Counted from the stretch's first letter, positions 37,316 through 50,490 are shown. The stretch: 64,000 nt of DNA from Octopus sinensis (GCF_006345805.1 NC_043005.1:17112001-17176000); one strand, 5' to 3'. Notes: generated by a model not told the origin, from the letters alone. Translations and numbers: made by a program.

Positions 37316-37719
37316 CGCCTATATATTTATTTTATTATTAAAGCTTCAAAAATATTACAAAAAAACTGCTGCTCAGAGTTTCATGTTCCCCTTTGTGGAG
37401 CAGTTGTGATCAAAAATAGAATAAAAATTGTGATTGTACATATAACGTATATTTTGATACGGTTCAAATTGACAGACACGCATTTGAATTTGATTGGTTA
37501 ATTTCACTAATGGGATTTCAGGCGTATACAAATTAAGACAGTAAATATAAAAATAGAAAATAAGAATATATAGATATCGTGTTGTATAGTATTGAAGGAA
37601 ACCATAAATTGGAAAAATATCTTGAAAAAAAAAAATCTATCAATTGAATCATATCAAAACATATATTATGCGTACAATCACAATTTTTATTCCAAGGAAT
37701 AAAATAGATTCACAGTTTA

Positions 37720-38084
37720 TCTATATATGTAAACGGCAAAATGTCTGTGTGTGTGTTCTTTATACAAATCCACAATTTTTCAGTTAGCGGGCTCGCACTT
37801 TCTATGGTCATTCAAAACCGTCCAAGGGTGGTGGTCGTGCACATCTTTACATTTCCCCAGTCACTCCGCAAAGCCATTAAAAAATCAATAGAAGTGACTT
37901 TTTTGTGAATTTTCTATCCAAAACCCAATCAAAATGCCCGAAACTTGATACAGCAATTGAATGCCAGCTAGCTGTATGTGATTGGTTGGAGATTTGGACA
38001 GTACTCGCGTGTATGTGCGCACAAACACAGCTGTATATGCATGCACTAGCACTATGACCCGGCGTTGCCAGGTCATAGTGCTAG
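37720..38084 (+). mobile_element. Non-autonomous Helitron (A|TC...hairpin CTAG|T)
   Basis: Starts TCTATATATGTAAA; ends actagcactatgacc-cggcgttgcca-ggtcatagtgCTAG|T. Paralogue at 59404-59769. Confidence 0.8.
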
Positions 38085-38130
38085 TAAGAAATAAAATAGA
38101 AGAATAAAGAGTTAAAGTAGTTAGAAGAAT

Positions 38131-38347
38131 ATACTTTTCTACTCTAGGCACAAGGCCCAAAATTTGGGAAGGAGTCCAGTCAATTAGATCGGCCCCCAGT
38201 ATGCAACTGGTACTTAATTTATCGACCCTGAAAGGATGAAAGGCAAAGTCGACTTCAGCGGAATTTGAACTCAGAACGTAGCAGCAGACAAAATACCGCT
38301 AAGTATTTTGCCCGGCATAGCTAACGATTCTGTCAGCTGGCCACCTT
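38131..38347 (-). mobile_element. SINE family B with TSD
   Basis: TSD gtagttagaaga at about 38117 and 38348. Confidence 0.9.
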
Positions 38348-39120
38348 GTAGTTAGAAGACTATAGGCAGGAGAATAAGTCATCTTTTTTCCAGAGGATAT
38401 GGATGTTGGTTGGTACTTCCATGAAGGCACAAATCCCAGGTGTATGAGATATAACTGGAGGTATTGTACAGGAATATGTGGGTGTGTTTGTTGCTATATG
38501 AGATATAGTAAAGGTACATATTAGTAGCAGAGGTACAGTAGCGATACATCTGTGTCAGTATGTGTGGTGTAAGTATAGAGGTATATATCAGTCAGTAAAT
38601 TATGCTTTGATCATAGACTGCTTGATCAGGGAGTTGATCTCTGCCTAAACAACAACAACAACGCTGCTGTTGCCAGTTAAATACCCACCACAGTCAGTAC
38701 TATTGCCCCCGCCAGCCCATAACATGTCAGGTATGATTATTATACCTAAAATGTTAAGGCTTCATTACCTGTACCTCAGCGCTTCCCTCATGACTACCAT
38801 CACAGCCACACAGCGGAATGGAATGTAGTTCCATGCAACATTTACTTTAGCAAACCAACAGTAATGAGAAACCAAATCGGTTTTGTAGCCTGGGCTGGTT
38901 TCCACTATAAAACCACTCGCATACATTAACCATCGGCTGGTGGGTGGTGGTACCAGCAGCAGTAGTAATGGTGGTGGTGGTGGTGGTAGTAGTAGTAAAA
39001 GAGAAAAATGGTGAAAATAAGAAAAGCAAAAATTTGAATGCCATACCAACAGTGCAAGTAACCTGTCCTTGATATATACATGTGTGTATATATTCGCTTT
39101 ATGTCTATGCATGGGTTAGA

Positions 39121-39300
39121 ATAGTGCTATTCAAAGTGGTGGTCTGCAAACCAGTGCCAGTCTGTGGACCATCACCGGTCTGTGGACCATCACCGGTCTG
39201 TGGACCATCACCGGTCTGTGGACCAGCACCGGTCTGTGGACAAGCACCAGTCTGTGGACAAGCGCCGGTCTGTGAACCAGCATCGGTCTGCAAGCTATCA
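39121..39300 (+). repeat. About 7 copies of an 18 bp unit (ggtctgtggaccatcacc) after a hAT-like terminal sequence
   Basis: tagtgctattcaaagtggtggtctgcaaacc start resembles a hAT/Charlie-type terminus; second TIR not found. Confidence 0.7.
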
Positions 39301-39478
39301 GCTGCCGGTACACAGCAAGTTTCCAGCAAAGAAAGAAACATTATAAAATGCTTAGATAATGGTTATGTAATATTGTATTATTTGTTTACAAATATAAATA
39401 TAAGATAAAATTGTCAACTTTTATTATATTCATTATATATATATTGTTTTCGGTAATAAATTAATATAGCTAAGAAAT

Positions 39479-39850
39479 AAGGCGGTGAGCTGGCAGAAAT
39501 GTTTAGCGGTATTTCGTCTGTCTTTACATTCTGAGTTTGAATACTGCCAAGGTCAACTTTGCCTTTTATCCTTTCGGGGTCAATAAATTAAGTAACAGTT
39601 GTGTACTGGGGTCAATCTAATCAACTGGCCCCATCCCCCAAAATTTTGGGCCTTGTGCCTACTATAGAAAAGAATATATTAAGGTGGTGAGCTGGCAGAA
39701 ACTGGCGAGAGTTCAAATTCCACCGAGGTCACCTTTGTCTTTAATCTTTTTGGGGTCAAAAAATTAAGTACCAGTTGTGTACTGAGGTCAATCTAATCGA
39801 TTAGCCCCTACCCCGAAATTTCAGGTCTTGTGCCTCGAGTAGAAAAGAAT
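39479..39850 (+). mobile_element. Tandem dimer of SINE B, directly followed by SINE C (39856-40050)
   Basis: Units at 39479-39675 and 39681-39850. Confidence 0.85.
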
Positions 39851-40745
39851 ATTACGGTGGCACGTAAAAAGCACCCACTACACTCTCGGAGTGGTTGGCA
39901 TTGGAAAGGGCATCCAGCTGTAGAAACTCTGCCAGATCAAGATTGGAGCCTGGTGCAGCCATCTGGTTTGCCAGCCCTCAGTTATTCGTCCAACCCATGC
40001 TAGTATGGAAAGCGGATGTTAAACGATGATGATGATGATGATGATGATGAAATATTACCAGTCTCTGGCACATTGGAAAAAACAAAAATGCCACATCAGA
40101 TAGTTTCAGAAGCACTGAGTGAGATGATTATATTTACTAAGGCATTAATTTACAGCTGGATTCTCATCTTGTCGGTAACCTTTAGCCACATTTTCTAAGT
40201 AAGGCATCTCTTATTCCATATACATCTTTAAAGACACGAAGCCAGCAGTTGACCTACTGACAGGAGAAAAAAAAGCAAGGGCACTGCTCATAGCTGAGTA
40301 ATTTTAGAAGTGCAAACACAGACATATACACACACACACGTGATGGGCTTTTGCAGTTTCTGTCTACCAAATCCAGTCACATGGCTTTGGTTGGCCCATA
40401 GCCACAGGAGAACATACTTGCTCAAGGAGCCAAGCAATGGGACTAAGTCTGAAACCCCGTAGAGGAGAAGCTAGTGTTTTAACCATTTCTGTGTTGCTCA
40501 TTTGCAACCTTTCATGAAAACTTGCGCAGGCAATGTTCAAAGAACCCATGTTCAAAGGACCAGAGGAATATCATTTTGCTTGGAAGCAGGTAAGGATTTT
40601 CAAGTATGGATCCCTTGTTCTATGTCTTTGAAAGTAAAAAAAAAAATCAGCTGATGACATGTCAACAGGGGAAATGGGTTTCCAAGCCAAGATAATATTT
40701 TCTCTAATCCTCTGAAGTTCAACACAACAATGGTAAATCCTGATT

Positions 40746-41089
40746 TGAAGGTGCATGGATCAGTGGTTAGAAAGTTGGGCTCACAACCATGAGGTAGTAA
40801 GTTCGATTCTTGGATCGGGTTGTGTGTTGTGTTCTTGAGCAAGACGCTTTATTTCACGTTGCTCCAGTTCACTCAGCTGTAGAAATGAGTTGCGAATTCA
40901 CTGGTGCCAAGCTGTATTAGCCCCTTTGCCTTTCCCTTGGACAACATCAGTGGCATGAAGAGGGGAGGCTGGTATGCATGGGTGACTGCTGGTCTTCCAT
41001 AAACAACTTTGCCTGGACTTGTGCCCAGGAGGGGAACTTTCTAGCTGCGATCCCATGGCCATTCATGACCGAAGGGGGTCTTTACCCTT
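40746..41089 (+). mobile_element. SINE family E
   Basis: gaaggtgcatggatcagtggttag head, gttcgattct B box. Confidence 0.85.
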
Positions 41090-41104
41090 GTAGTTCTGAT
41101 TTAA

Positions 41105-41325
41105 CCCTTTTGATACCAACCCGGCTGAAATCGGCTCTGGCTCTGTAGTACAAATGTCATGTTTTCATAAGTTTTGAATTAAAATCTTCCACCAAACCTT
41201 AGTCACAATTTATGTTCCTAACACTAGCTGAATGATAACCAAGTTATTTTACTAAATTCTTTGTTATATTCAAAGTAACTGAAAGAAACACAGAGCATCT
41301 CCAAATAAATACGGTAACGAAAGGG
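41105..41325 (+). mobile_element. piggyBac-type MITE family G, intact
   Basis: TTAA|ccctttt...gtaacgaaaggg|TTAA. Confidence 0.9.
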
Positions 41326-42138
41326 TTAAAGAAAAAATATTGCAATTGAAAAATACCATTTGGTACTGTGGAATTTGTTTGCAGTTTTTATGTGATGTGA
41401 AGACAAAGATGCATCAACACACACACACACACACACTGAGCTTTGCAGAGTATCCTTCTGCTGCACTGACTCACAAGGTATTTGTCAGCTAAGGGATATA
41501 CTAGAAGATATTTGCCCGCCCCGATTGCCACATGGTGGAATTGAACCTAAGAACCATGTGGCTGTGAAGAGAACTTCTTAAGCACATATACTGGCATCTA
41601 TCTATACTTATCACACACACACACACACAACACACACACACATCTCCATCGTTTAGTCTGCTTTTCCTTGGCAGCATGAAAAAGCAGATGTAATATGATG
41701 ATGATTACACACATAGTTCTGAGTGTGTGCGTGTGAGTGCACACACACACACACATATTCACTGTAGTTAATGGGTGTGTAACCAGTCCTAGATAATAGA
41801 CCAAAACTTTTTAGAATGTAGTCAGTCAATCCCACCCCGCCCTAATACCCAGTGATATACAAGGCTGTGAGAGAGAGGATTAAGTAGATAGGGTGAGAGT
41901 ATGGTCGGGAGTGGGGTGGGGGGGTGGAGAATAAAAGATGAGTAGGGTGGCAGTAGTCTTAATTTTTGTGTGAATGGAACACATTCTTTGTTCAGTTATC
42001 AACAGTAGACACACCCATTTTCTTTTTTTTTTCTTTAGAGGGTGGAGAATGGTTCTATGTGTATATGTATAGAATATATGAACACTCACTCACACCATAA
42101 ACATACACACACACAACGATAACGACGACAACAACAAC

Positions 42139-42186
<48 letters not shown>

Positions 42187-43569
42187 TATAATAATAATAA
42201 ATTCACAGGTATAATATATATGTATGTATGTATGTATTTATTCATATTCATAGTTAGCAGGAAAGAAGATATTACTAACATCTGGGAAGGAGATTGGAAT
42301 TCAGGAGGTGTACTCGGTGTAAACTGTATGTGTGTGTACATGTGTGTGTGTGTGTGTATGTGCACCAGAGTTGCTGTGGGATCACTGGCAGGTCGAGGGG
42401 GGAAGAAGGATTTGAAACATGCGTAGCGATTGTGCAGAGGTAGTTAGTGGAAAGGGGTCCTGTGAAATAAATTTTTTTTTCAATTATACAAGGAGCTCCC
42501 TATATGTTGTTGATTGATCCTGTTACCTTAGTGACCAAATTAAACTGTGGTGTCTGGTGTTCCAAAAGGGTAGCGATAATTGCTGTGCTGCCAGTTAAGC
42601 CCGCAAAATAGGGTGTCGAAATATGGAAGGATATAACATACTTGGCATACTGTGTACATAACCCTTACTGTACAGGAACTGAGTATATTTAGTTCCGTGC
42701 ATAAGCACTTGAAACATAGGGACCAAATTAACTCTTTTGATAGTGAGATACTTTCCAGAGTTCTCAAAGTTTCGTATGACGTAGTATGCACGTTCTATTT
42801 TTACTGGCTGGCCAACGGAAAGAGGCTGGGAAGACTAATTTACATATGATTAGCCTGTTACATCACCAGCAAAAATTTTATCAGCACAGTGAGGGTCAAT
42901 GGTGATTCTAATAATTAAATGGGGAAGAAAATCAGTGATGCATGATAACATTGCCTACAGTATGTTGCGGTTGGTAAAATATCACTTCCTTACTGTAAAC
43001 AAAGCTGTGGGTTACACATCACCATCATTTAGCATCCGCTTTCCATGCTAGCATGGGTTGGACGGTTCAACTGGGGTCTGCAGAAGGCTGCATCAGGCCC
43101 AGTCTGATCTGGCAATGTTTCTACGGCTGGATGCCCTTCCTAACACCAACCACTCTGTGAGTGTAGTGGGTGCTTTTTACATGCCACCGGCACAGGTGCC
43201 AGATGGGGCTGGCAAACGGCCACGGTCGGATGGTGCTTTTTATGTACCTCCGGCACAGGGGCCAGGCTGGTCTCACTTGTAGCAGACTTAGAATCTATGG
43301 CGACACACATGTGCTGCCACCATAGTTATTGCAAATTAAGACAACAAGTATATTAATTTCTCTGTCCACTTGTGCTCCATGTGGACAAAAATGGAATGCC
43401 ATTTTTGAACCTTGATTAAAGCAAAGACACAATCAGTGAAGATAGATAAATCTGATGAAGTGCTATTACATGGTTGGTGGACCAGGTAAAAGCAGCACAT
43501 AGTGTGATTGTATATGTGTATAGTCTTTCATTCTTGTATGTGTATATTCTTTCATTCTCATATGTGTAT

Positions 43570-43910
43570 ATTCTTTCATTCTTTTACTTGTCTCAGTCAT
43601 TTGACAGCGGCCATCCCGGAGCACCGCCTTAAAGGGTTTTAGTCAAAGAAATCGACCCCAGGACTTATTCTTTTGTAACCCTAATACTTATTCAATCGAT
43701 CTCTTTTACCTGCTAAATTACAGGGACATAACCACACCAGCATTGGTTGTCACGGGCTTCTTTCAGTTTCCGTCTACCAAATCCACTCACAAGGCTTTGG
43801 TCGGCTCGAAGCTATAGTACTAGACACTTGCCCAAGGTGCCACGTAGTGGGAGTGAACCCAGAACCATGTGGCTGGGAAGCAAACTACAAACCACACAGC
43901 CACTCCTGCA
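43570..43910 (-). mobile_element. SINE family A lacking the internal microsatellite segment
   Basis: Tail joins head directly at ...ggttgtca|cgggcttctttcag. Confidence 0.8.
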
Positions 43911-44029
43911 TATATATATATATATATCTTCAGCTTTAGAGTCTGATGAGTCACCCATAGGGTTAAGCCCTCTACAGATGCAAAACCATTGGCCATTCCA
44001 TTACTGGACACAGACTTAACTGTATATAA

Positions 44030-44920
44030 ATACATTACTACTCTATGTTGTAGAGTATGTTTGTTTTTTGGATAAATGATACATTAACGATATATATATA
44101 TATCACCTTCGAAACGTAGAGTAGATGAAACCATGGCGACTGAAGAAGGGGTTTTTTCCTTGTGTTATTTGTCCTGTACTCTATTTTTTTGTTGTTTAAG
44201 AAAAATGTCCAGTTCCTTGTGTCTATGTTTTCGTTTCTCATTGTGTTCGACGTTTTTTTGGTGTCCTGTACTCATATATGCGTGTATATATACATGTAGA
44301 GGTAGGTACGTACATATATGTATATATATATGCATATGTTTTATTTATTAATATATTATATATATATTATATATATATATCTATATATATATATATAATA
44401 TATATATATATATCTCTGCCTACCCACAAACCCCAACCCCTAGCCGAACCCACACCCCACCCGTGCTTTCCCCACTCTCGCTTCCCCCACCTCCCAACAA
44501 AATCACACCACACTACACCATACAACATTACACATCACATCACAACACACCCATCCCCACATCTTCACACCTACACATACCTACATGCACACGTCCAGAC
44601 CACCAGCTCTCTTTCACACGCACATACATACTCTCTTATACACACACGCACCTTTGTGTTGGGGGGGGGGGTCATCTTTACTTTGTTATCTCCCCTACTT
44701 TCCTCCTCGTGTTTGACCCTTCTGTCTGGCACTAGTCGCCATGATAGATCGTTAGCCACTACACACATTTTTTTCTCTCCTTGTTTTTTCCGTGTCCCTT
44801 TCTGTAGAAGAGCGTAGGCTCGAAATGTAAAAGACTTTTTCTATTTCTGAGCGTTATACTAATGCATCTGTTTGTTTTGTACACCACCTGTCTTCGTCTT
44901 TTGTTTTTTCGTAAACTCTC
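44030..44920 (+). mobile_element. Two adjacent Penelope-like terminal remnants
   Basis: 44130-44340 is homologous to 2470-2760; 44790-44920 is homologous to 46440-46640 and to the reverse of 35705-35920. Confidence 0.55.
44798..44833 (+). ncRNA. Hammerhead-like motif with A6U core
   Basis: CUUU-CUGUAGA-A-GAGC(GUAG)GCUC-GAAAUGU-A/AAAG. Confidence 0.45.
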
Positions 44921-44922
44921 CC

Positions 44923-44959
<37 letters not shown>

Positions 44960-45410
44960 TTATATCATCATTATCGTTTTTAAACATTATTCCAAGATGA
45001 CTACCACAGCAAATTTACTTTCTGCAACATTAAGTTTAATACTTAGATGGCTAATTAAAAACCTATTCTTCTTCACAAATTTTTGGAAGAGAGTGGACCC
45101 TGTCACAATCTCTCTGATTGGTTGAAAGTAATTAACTACTTTTTTTCTTTTCATATATATATTTTTTTTCCTGATAGAAATATTCCAGAAATAACTGAAA
45201 AAGAAAACCATAAAAAAAAGTATATAAAATAAATTAAAACAATATCATGGCTTCTTATTGGCCCAGAGGACATTTGAGCATTCTTTTGCTATGAACATTA
45301 TCATGAGGATTAGGAACCTACTTAGGATTATGAAGTAATAGAGTACAAACGAACATTTCAGCAAACAACATGTTGCAAGGAAGAAAGCCTGAACGAACTT
45401 TTAGAAGTTA

Positions 45411-45927
45411 CTAGCAGTATCGCCTGGCGTTGCTCGGGTTTGTAAGGGAAATAACTATATAAGCATTTTTAGAGAGTTACTTCCTTTATAGATGCCAATT
45501 CGGGCTTTCTTAGCCATTTCTGTTTTGGTGTCTTCAAGCCATGAAGTCGTTGTTCTAAAAGAACGCTGGTCTCCTTGACAACGCATTACAACGTCGATTT
45601 CCTTTAACTCCCTTCCCCACAGCTTCACGAGGGAGGGAAGAAGGGGGAGAAGCAAACACAGGTGCAGGTGTTTGAGCGTGGACGCCAACTCCGCCGCCAT
45701 CGACACACGAAAAATTATGCATTAAAATGGAATAAAAAATTATGTTAAATTATTTTTAAAATCATAGACTCATCATAGACGCGAGCTAATAGCCAGACGG
45801 GCTCGATATTAATCACGACTATAAGATACCCGAATTTGGTTAAACTGCACCGCAAAATGTGGGAGTAGTTAGGAATCTAAATCGTAGGAGACAGACACTC
45901 ACACAACTACAGTTTTATATATATAGA
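45411..45927 (-). mobile_element. Non-autonomous Helitron with GC-richer internal cargo
   Basis: A|TC 5' end at 45927, CTAG|T 3' end at 45411. Termini shared with the 11473 copy, interior different. Confidence 0.8.
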
Positions 45928-46455
45928 TATCACTTTTTCCATACTCGTGTTCCAAAAACCACAATTTATTTCTGCAATCAATCTAAACACATAAGGGGTT
46001 GTATTTTAGAAATACCGAAGTAAAAAGGGTCAATTGTATTAGAAAATCTCTTGCATTAGGAAACCATTATTGCCTTTGTTTCTTTGTGTGTGCATATATC
46101 TATGTCTGCATGTGTGAATTTATTTCATTGTGTAGTTTTCTTCAAACATTTTGATAAATTCCAGCATTCCTCTCACCCTTTTTCGCTTAACTTTATGGTG
46201 CACCTATGTTAGATGTGCTAAACTTTAACTGAAAATCTAATAACAATTCTTCTATACTATAATTCTGTTATCACCTGTCTGGATGTTTTGTGTTCTTGTC
46301 CCATTTTTGTATTTATATATATATATGTATATAAATTAAATTAGAGATAAAACCACTATTAGGCAACTCAATTTTTCCCTGTAAGTTTGGATATACTCCC
46401 TAATATTATTATTATTATATATATATATATTCTCTCCTTGTTTCTTTCTGCGTTC

Positions 46456-46491
46456 CTTTCTGTGGAAGAGCATAGGCTCGAAATGTTAAAG
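46456..46491 (+). ncRNA. Hammerhead-like motif with A6U core
   Basis: CUUU-CUGUGGA-A-GAGC(AUAG)GCUC-GAAAUGU-U/AAAG. Confidence 0.45.
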
Positions 46492-47069
46492 ACTTTTTCA
46501 ATTCCCGAGGTGGTGCTATTAAGTTGGACATGGCCTGGGCCAATAATGGCCGAAACCTATCAAAGTATCAAAGTATACTAATACATCTGTTTGTTTTCTA
46601 CACCACCTGTCTTTTGTATTTTTGTGAATTCTCCCTATATACTCTGTTTTTGTATCTGGTTTGCATGATTCCTTATGTGAATTCATGTGTTGAAACAAAT
46701 TTTGTTGTCTGGGAAGGGTCAAAGTACCTTAATATAACACACTCACTGGTTCAATTTACACTCATTTATTTATTCCAGAAAGCTTTTCCGTCACTACATT
46801 GGTTGGCCCAAGGTCATAGTAGAAGACACTTGCCCAAGGTGCCACGCAGTGGGACTGAACCCGGAACCATGTGCTTCGTTAGCAAGCTACTTACCACACA
46901 GCCACTCCTATGCCTAGGTGTTAGTGTTTGTTTTTATGTTTAGCTATAATATTGTTTTCAAATTTTTGGCACAAGACCAGCAGTTTTGGAGGAGGGGTCA
47001 AGTCAATTAAATCAACCCCAGTGTTCAACTGATACTTATATATATATACACACACACACAGACATACAT

Positions 47070-47294
47070 ACATATATTCTTTTACTTCTTTCAGTCATTT
47101 GACTGTGGCCATGCAGGAGCACTGCCTTTAGTCAAGCAAATCAACCCGACAACTTATTCTTTGTAAATCTAGTACTTATTCTGCCGGTCTTTTGCCGAAC
47201 CACTAAGTTACAGGGACATAAACACACCAGCATCAGTTGTCAAGCAATATTGGGGGGGAGGGGCGAAACACAAAAACAGAAACGCCACACACAC

Positions 47295-47345
<51 letters not shown>

Positions 47346-47513
47346 ATATATATACGACGGGCTTCTTTCAGTTTCTGTCTACCAAATCCACTCACATAAG
47401 GCTTTGGTCAGCCCGAAGATATAACAGAAGGCACTTGCCTGAGGTGCCACGCAGTGGCAATGAACCCGGGACCATGTGATTGGTAAGCAAGCTACTTACC
47501 ACATAACCACTCC

Positions 47514-47515
<2 letters not shown>
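47070..47515 (-). mobile_element. SINE family A (additional head-only copy at about 46780-46910)
   Basis: Full head and tail. Confidence 0.85.
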
Positions 47516-47592
<77 letters not shown>

Positions 47593-48179
47593 GTTTAAAT
47601 ATTTGTTGTGCAAGATTTTATATATATATATGTTATTCAATAACTCACTTTATATGGCTATATAGTTGAGCAAAATTTTAATATTTCTATATTTTGGTGC
47701 ATATGCCTACAATTAGAATAATTTTGAAGCAAAAAATTCCATGAGAGATTAATAAAAGAGCTTCCATTTGTTAAACTGTATTCCAAACTCCACATTTATA
47801 TATCAATATACAAAAAAGTTATACATGTTTTATGAAACCAGTCTAAGTTGTCAATTATTTTCGAATTTAATTGAAATACATAGGGAGTGTATTTTAGTTA
47901 GAAAGGTTAAAAGGTGATGAGGTAGTACTGTTAGTTAATACCATTTAAATGTTTGTATAGCACCAATTTGGCAAAGAACGAGGACAGGATCTCTGGTTTA
48001 ATTGGTAACATGGCCACCTGGCATGTGACATATACATGGTTTGAGTTCATGGAAGAGCCTGGTCTCTGATTTCAGCCCTAGCTTGGTGTTCACATAATTT
48101 ATATATATCTAACAATCTATTTACACAATATATATATGTATGTATGTTATGTTTGAGTGTTTGTATATGTATACTCTCT

Positions 48180-48388
48180 CTTTTACTCTTTTACTTGTTT
48201 CAGTCGTTTGACTGCGGCCATGCTGGAGCACCGCCTTTAGTCGAGCAAATAGACCCCTGGGACTTATTCTTTGTAAGCCCAGTACTTATTCTATCAGTCT
48301 CTTTTTGCCAAACCGCTAAGTGACGGGGAAGTAAACACACCAGCATCGGTTGTCAAGCAATGCTAGGGCGACAAACACAGACACACAA

Positions 48389-48435
<47 letters not shown>

Positions 48436-48597
48436 TACGACAGGCTTCTTTCAGTTTCCGTCTACCAAATCCACTCACAAGGCATTGGTCGGCCCGGGAC
48501 TATAACAGAAGACACATGACCAAGATGCCGCGCAGTGGGACTGAACCCGGAACCATGTGGTTGGTTAGCAAGCTACTTACCACACAGCCACTCCTGC
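48180..48597 (-). mobile_element. SINE family A
   Basis: Full head and tail. Confidence 0.9.
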
Positions 48598-48769
48598 GCC
48601 TATGTATGTATGTATGTATGTATATCTAAAATTTTGGTAGAGACAGTCAGGGCTGTAAGAGCCAGCATAGCTGTATAGTAAAAAGTTTGCTTCCCAACAA
48701 CACGGTCCCAAGTTCAGTCCCACTGCAGGACACTTTGTTTTCTACTATATATTACAAAAACACACAAAA

Positions 48770-49092
48770 TGAAGTGCATGGCTCAGTGGTTAGAGCGTTG
48801 GGTTCACAATCATGAGGTAGTGTGTTCGATTACCAGACCAGGCTGTATGTTGTGTTCTGAAGCTAGGTACTTTATTTCATGTTGCTCCGGTTCTCTCAAC
48901 TGCAAAAACGAGTTTCAAGCTGTATCGGCCCCTTTGCCTTTCCCTTGGATAACATCAGTGGCATGGAGAAAGGAAGCTGGTATGCGTGGATAACTGCTGG
49001 TCTTCCATAAACAACCTTGCCTGGACCTGTGCCTCGGAGAGTAACTTTCTAGGTGCAAACCCATGGTCATTCATGACTGAAAGGGGGGGGGG
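48770..49092 (+). mobile_element. SINE family E
   Basis: Homologous to 40746-41089; partial copy also at about 58530-58680. Confidence 0.85.
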
Positions 49093-49857
49093 TCTTCACT
49101 TTTACCCACACAAATACATGTGTATGTATGTCTTGCAAACAACTTGCACATTCAAGTGCTACCAGTCAAAAGCTCCGTATACCGGAAGCCAGTAAAGTGT
49201 ATGGGGGTCATCAGGAGAGAATGCGCGCCGTTTCGGGGCCTACCTCTCGACAGTATCAATGCGCACCGGCTCCCCCCCCTCACTGATATGAGGCCCCGCT
49301 TGCTAGATCAGCTGGTGTGAATGTGTCTCCTTGTCTTCATATGACATAGCTGTAAATGAGTGTCACTGCCATACAAGCAGTGTCCTTTTCATTTCCAATA
49401 TTCTGCTAAGATATTTCTGGGGGGAAATATCACCTTGTTTGGAAACAAGTTGGGTGGGGGGGGGAGTAACAGGAAGGGCATCTGGCCACAGGAAATCTGT
49501 CTCAATAAACTCAGTCTACGCAAGCATTATCAAAAAGATGATGATATATATAGGCAGCAAGTTTGCAGAGTCATTATGGCTTTGAATAGAATATCTTGTG
49601 TTATGTTTTCCAGCCCTCTGAGTTCAAATACAGTCAAAGTCAACTTTGCCTGTCATTCCTTGGGTTCTATAAAGTACAAGCCCAATATCAAGGTCGAGGG
49701 CTTCAATTCCTGTTCTTCTCTCACTCTACCTTCTGGAAGAAATAGACTGCGTTCACACTTGGAGTGGGATGTGTTCTGCCATATTTAAAATGCCCGTTAT
49801 GACAGCAACTTTACAATTGAAATCCCAAGGAAGGAAGGAAGGATGCTTTATATATAG

Positions 49858-50490
49858 GAGCAGGAGTGGCTGTGTGCTAAGTAGCTTGCTTACCAACTGC
49901 AAGGTTCTGGGTTCAGTCCCACTGCGTGGCACCTAGGCCAAGTGTCTTCTACTATAACCTCAGACCGACCAAAGCCTTGGGAGTGGATTTGGTAGACGGA
50001 AACTAAAAGAAGCCTGTCGTATATATATATGTATATGTTTGTGTGTCTGTGTTTGGTACCCCCCCCACCTCATTGCTTGACAATCGATGTTGGTATGTTT
50101 ACATCCCCATAACTTAGAGGTTCGGCAAAAGAGACTGATAAAATAAGTACTAGGCTTACAAAGAATAAATAAATCCTGGGATTAATTTGTTCAACTGAAG
50201 GCGGTGCTCCATCATCATCATCATCATCATCATTGTTCGACCGTGGTCGAGACAATGGAATTTACCATGCTACGCCAGACTTCACGGCCCATCATGGCAT
50301 TACGGACCGTCTGAGAGAAAAAAAAAAGAGATATGATAATGGATGAAGCTTGAAACATGTTCTTTTATTCTTTTATTTGTTTCAGTCATTTGACTGCGGT
50401 CATGCTGGAGCACTGCCTCATGCCATGATGAGGCGGTGCTGCAGCATGACCGCAGTCAAATGACAAACAAATAAAAGAATAAAAGAACAT
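49858..50490 (+). mobile_element. SINE family A interrupted by a complex RTE insertion
   Basis: Tail split between the duplicated aggcggtgct(c/g)ca at 50199-50211 and 50431-50443. Confidence 0.8.
50211..50308 (-). mobile_element. RTE LINE extreme 3' end with (GAT)n tail
   Basis: VRNAMMGREVWRSMVNSIVSTTVEQ* followed by tgatgatg. Confidence 0.75.

Noticed and set aside
38769-38936. 168 nt minus-strand exon candidate (RWLMYASGFIVETSPGYKTDLVSHYCWFAK...REALRY) with donor CAG|gtaatg
   Set aside because: Phase 2-2 is incompatible with the phase 1 NIDO-IPT junction it lies in, the acceptor sits in a trinucleotide repeat, and I recognise no domain.
42520-42825. Open minus-strand frames with plausible splice sites (PLSVGQPVKIERAYY...; YAKYVISFHISTPYF...)
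   Set aside because: Only vague NIDO-like resemblance, wrong position relative to the NIDO C-terminal exon, and incompatible phases.
49205-49260. CTGTCGA...GAAAC...CTGATGA on the minus strand, a possible hammerhead
   Set aside because: Stem III, the cleavage triplet and stem I cannot be formed in any permutation.
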